DNA from: an uncultured Bacillales bacterium
GTDB taxonomy: Bacteria > Bacillota_I > Bacilli_A > RF39 > UBA660
NCBI GenBank assembly: GCA_946410555.1
Contig: CAMKAT010000003.1
Coordinates: forward strand, 5,007-69,006
Reading direction: 5' to 3'
Length of the DNA: 64,000 bases
Part shown: one piece after another, positions 62,001-64,000 of the stretch
Layout: each line of letters begins with the position of its first letter
How positions within the stretch are numbered: the stretch's first letter is position 1
Position numbers and translations under genes: made by a program
Notes under the pieces: model-generated
Database searches by the model: none
What the model was told of the DNA's origin: nothing
Seen by the model: the letters and a program-made list of their open reading frames with translations, nothing else

Positions 62001-64000
62001 TTAATATCATGTGAATCAATTAAATATTTATAATTATCAAGTGGTTGAACTTCTATATAATCATAGAATTCCATAGCGCGCTTTAACTCTTCTTCTCCAC
62101 GAGTAAGTGCAATATTAAATATTTCACCATTAAGACAAGCAGAACCTACAAAACAATTTTCTCTTAATTCATTAACTAGTCTTCTTGGAATTCTTGCATT
62201 TCTACTTAAAAAATTAGTATTAGCAAAACTAATAATCTTAAATAGATTTTTAAGACCAGCATGATTCTTAGCAATTATAGTTATATGTTTAACTGAATCA
62301 TAATCATTAGCTATGTTTTCAGTGAAAGTTTCCGCTGGAATATTTTCATACATTTGAAGGTTATCTTTATGACACCAATCAAACTTCCATGAATATCCTT
62401 CCACTCCATAATCCTCGAAAGGATTTTCTGGATTAGTATCACTATCCATCTTTATCTTAATATAGTTTTTATATGAAACCATATCTTGAATATTCTTCAT
62501 ATATCTTGGATTATTTTTAATAGATATACTTTCTAATAAACCTAAATCATTAAGTTCATTAAGTGTTTTAATGCCATCGATTTGTTTAAGCATACTATTA
62601 AAGATTAATGCAGTATTTTCAGAGTCGACATCTGCACCATGGTGTTGACCAACATAAATAGAATAATCTATTTTGTATTCTTGTAATCCGTTTGTAATAA
62701 CAATTGGAATGTTGTTTTCAGCTGGATTAAGTTTAATCTTTCCAGTTTGAGATACAACGCTAAAGTCATCATTATTAAGGGTTACTTCAAAAGTAATATA
62801 TTCAGTTTTAGAACCAATATATTTCTTGATTAAACTGTATTCTTTTTTATAACCTTTAACTACAGTTTCAGTTGAAACATCTCTGATATCTTTTTCAGTT
62901 GTAGTTATATTTAAAATAGATTCACCATCTAGTTTTACATCTTGGATAATAGCTCCAGCTTCTTCTGGAACATCAAAAGTAGCGTTATCTCCATTATCTT
63001 CATCGTCATCAGCGTCTCCCTCGCCTGTATCAACTCCATAGTTTTTACCTAAGGCAGCAAGTGAATGACGTTTTAAATCTCTATTAATAACTCTAGATAA
63101 ATTTAAAGTATCTATGATTGGATTCTTTAGGGGACCTAAATCATATTTTAGATAAGCCATATCAAGCATATTTTTATCGAATTTAGCATTATGAGCAACT
63201 AATGGAAGATCTTCAATCCATTCTTTAAATCTCTTAGTTACGTTTTCCTCATTATCTGCATCTTTAACATCATCATCACTAATGTTTGTAACTCTAGTGA
63301 TTGCTTCATCAATGTGATGCCCAGGATTAATAAGTTCATCAAAACGATCAACAACTTCACCATGTTTAATCTTAACTCCACCGATTTCAATCATAGAGTC
63401 ACCTAAACCTGGGTTGAAACCTGTTGTTTCAGTATCGAATACTACGAATGTTTGATCTTTAAGAGGTCTTTCATCTGCATTGAAACAAACATTAAGGTAA
63501 GAATCAAACATATCAAGTTCTACACCATAAGCTGCTTTAAATGGTACGTAATTCTTCTTTTCATTACGTAATTCCTCGTTCATTTCTTCAAGTGCTTTTA
63601 TTCCTTCGACATTACCTGACTCTCTTAATTCTTCGATAGTTTTTTCATTTTCTTTTATCTTTTCATCAAATTCTTTTTTCTTTGATTTGTTGTATTTAGT
63701 TACTTTATCAAATACATGTGGGAATGCTTGACAACAATCGTGGTCAGTAATTGCAATACCTTTATGTCCAAATTTAATAGCAGTATCAACTAACTTTTCT
63801 TCATCAATAACTCCATCCATTTGAGACATCATAGTATGTGCATGCATCTCAACACGTTTTTCAGGATAATCATCTTTTCTTGAAACAATCGGAGAATCAA
63901 TACCTTCATAAGTTCTCATATTGAATACTAAGTCATGAGCATATTGATCATCTCTTACTTGTCCTGTGAAATGATACCAATTACCCTTCTTAAGTTCTTT
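59021..64000 (-). CDS. polC: DNA polymerase III alpha subunit, PolC type (5' end beyond window); unusually long with several insertions
   Basis: The frame stays open upstream of the track Met at 63919 (KELKKGNWYHFTGQVRDDQYAHDLVFN-MRT...). Landmarks are PHP MHAHTMMSQMDG, ExoI VVFDTETTG, ExoII VAHNAKFD, ExoIII HHGADVD, GLKNLFKI, FFRTTKEML, GSRGSVGSSFVA, the Zn module CPKC..CPECG, PDIDLNFSG, GCTGVKRTTGQHPGG, KLDILGHDDPT and KIKYMFPKAHA, ending in NQLSLF. Confidence 0.95.
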   Translation of the reverse strand, partial: KELKKGNWYHFTGQVRDDQYAHDLVFNMRTYEGIDSPIVSRKDDYPEKRVEMHAHTMMSQMDGVIDEEKLVDTAIKFGHKGIAITDHDCCQAFPHVFDKVTKYNKSKKKEFDEKIKENEKTIEELRESGNVEGIKALEEMNEELRNEKKNYVPFKAAYGVELDMFDSYLNVCFNADERPLKDQTFVVFDTETTGFNPGLGDSMIEIGGVKIKHGEVVDRFDELINPGHHIDEAITRVTNISDDDVKDADNEENVTKRFKEWIEDLPLVAHNAKFDKNMLDMAYLKYDLGPLKNPIIDTLNLSRVINRDLKRHSLAALGKNYGVDTGEGDADDDEDNGDNATFDVPEEAGAIIQDVKLDGESILNITTTEKDIRDVSTETVVKGYKKEYSLIKKYIGSKTEYITFEVTLNNDDFSVVSQTGKIKLNPAENNIPIVITNGLQEYKIDYSIYVGQHHGADVDSENTALIFNSMLKQIDGIKTLNELNDLGLLESISIKNNPRYMKNIQDMVSYKNYIKIKMDSDTNPENPFEDYGVEGYSWKFDWCHKDNLQMYENIPAETFTENIANDYDSVKHITIIAKNHAGLKNLFKIISFANTNFLSRNARIPRRLVNELRENCFVGSACLNGEIFNIALTRGEEELKRAMEFYDYIEVQPLDNYKYLIDSHDINNMDHLVKLVKKIIKCAKETGKMLIASGDVHNLNPEDVLSREIIVNQNVPGKGRHVLARCLKSKPKTPVNKTNLEEAIKKAERNGVSLSDFDKKILKYIYVLNGFKSIPISAMNILSIYSTPKELKSSDELEQIKNEDDKKSAIEKSLRKLQIANIITIDPSTGTFKLLAKFSNTGVTQHGSIPNQFFRTTKEMLDAFAFLKDDKLIHEMVIENPNKIISELEEIEVIDYPEKPYSPIIEHSQEICRDLVFNKAHSMYGDPLPRNIEERIAQEFYGDKITDLVKAHMEEEYPNMSEEERDNMFSSYLHDVIMSGYDGVVKLKTEEIKKEEPELSEEEAIEKAKLKLTGIIGGGFDVIYLIAQKLVKHSNDDGFLVGSRGSVGSSFVASMMGITECNGLPAHYYCPKCCHNEFVDSEGHAYAEKYASGYDLPNKNCPECGTLMIHQGNDMPFATFLGFAGEKVPDIDLNFSGLNQASAHAYTKVLFGTDNVYRAGTIGTVADKTAFGYVQGFYEDQEYNDLVQEAKMYGIKVASKDDLKKKKLIKCDIRDVEVERQAIGCTGVKRTTGQHPGGIVVVPGYKDVWDFTPFQYPADDPTAEWRTTHFDYHKIEADLLKLDILGHDDPTVLRKLGELSGIDVNDIDLGDLDTMSIFTSPKILGKYTADGNPIDLEPTKLRGLIKDGVKYCPTGTLGIPEFGTPFTLGMLEDTKPTTFGELIKISGLSHGTDVWLGNAKDLCTPNEEGVIQVPFKNVIGCRDDIMVNLIAWGLPAGKAFKIMEFVRKGKASKDPATWKEHAEYMREHNIPEWYIDSCRKIKYMFPKAHATAYVTSAFRIAWFKVHHPIWYYCAYLSIRRDKFDVASMIQGEKGIRDKIDEMDLTPNLSDVDKDKKDTLLLCLEMCARGFYFKNIDIEKSEAKDFVITEDGKGLIIPFCAIDGLGENVAMKIIEERKKMPFISQEDLHNRGKCPTSAMEKLKDLGVFQNLSESNQLSLF

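Noticed and set aside
62648-63028. Possible intein in PolC
   Set aside because: The insertions lack the N-terminal Cys/Ser, the C-terminal His-Asn followed by Cys/Ser/Thr, and any homing-endonuclease motifs (LAGLIDADG/HNH). They look like ordinary domain insertions.

Overview
Strongly AT-rich chromosomal segment of a low-GC Gram-positive bacterium (Bacillota-like). Supporting signs are a PolC-type replicase, sortase-type sorting signals, AGGAGG/GGTGA ribosome-binding sites and recurrent extended -10 promoters (TRTGnTATAAT). All but one of the ~52 genes are on the minus strand, co-oriented with polC. The right third (about 50.6-64 kb) is housekeeping: polC (5' end runs off the window), ruvA, ruvB, queA, tgt, rplS and lepB, interspersed with small unknown genes. 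The left and middle parts are an envelope/surface accessory region. The most notable locus is a discrete 12.7-kb operon (22.66-35.40 kb). It encodes three giant paralogs, each with a beta-helix, BspA-type LRR, SGNH-like module and a C-terminal dockerin-like module. It also encodes a membrane-anchored protein whose N-terminal domain looks cohesin-like, so I read the operon as a candidate self-contained surface-display system. It lies between an FtsX/MacB-type ABC transporter and an OmpR/histidine-kinase pair. Other notable items:
- Two GH5-like paralogs carry NPKTG (sortase-B-type) sorting signals and a large insertion inside the catalytic barrel. One is co-transcribed with three tandem Tim44-like/zinc-ribbon membrane proteins.
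- A G8 tract sits in the spacer of a TTGACA/TATTAT promoter driving three small type-II membrane proteins, a phase-variation candidate.
- A 349-codon gene is interrupted by a single in-frame TAG.
- PolC is heavily decorated with insertions.
- There are several candidate operators and two small unannotated ORFs.
I saw no rRNA, tRNA, CRISPR array, transposase or integrase. All family calls come from motif recognition by eye, with no database search.
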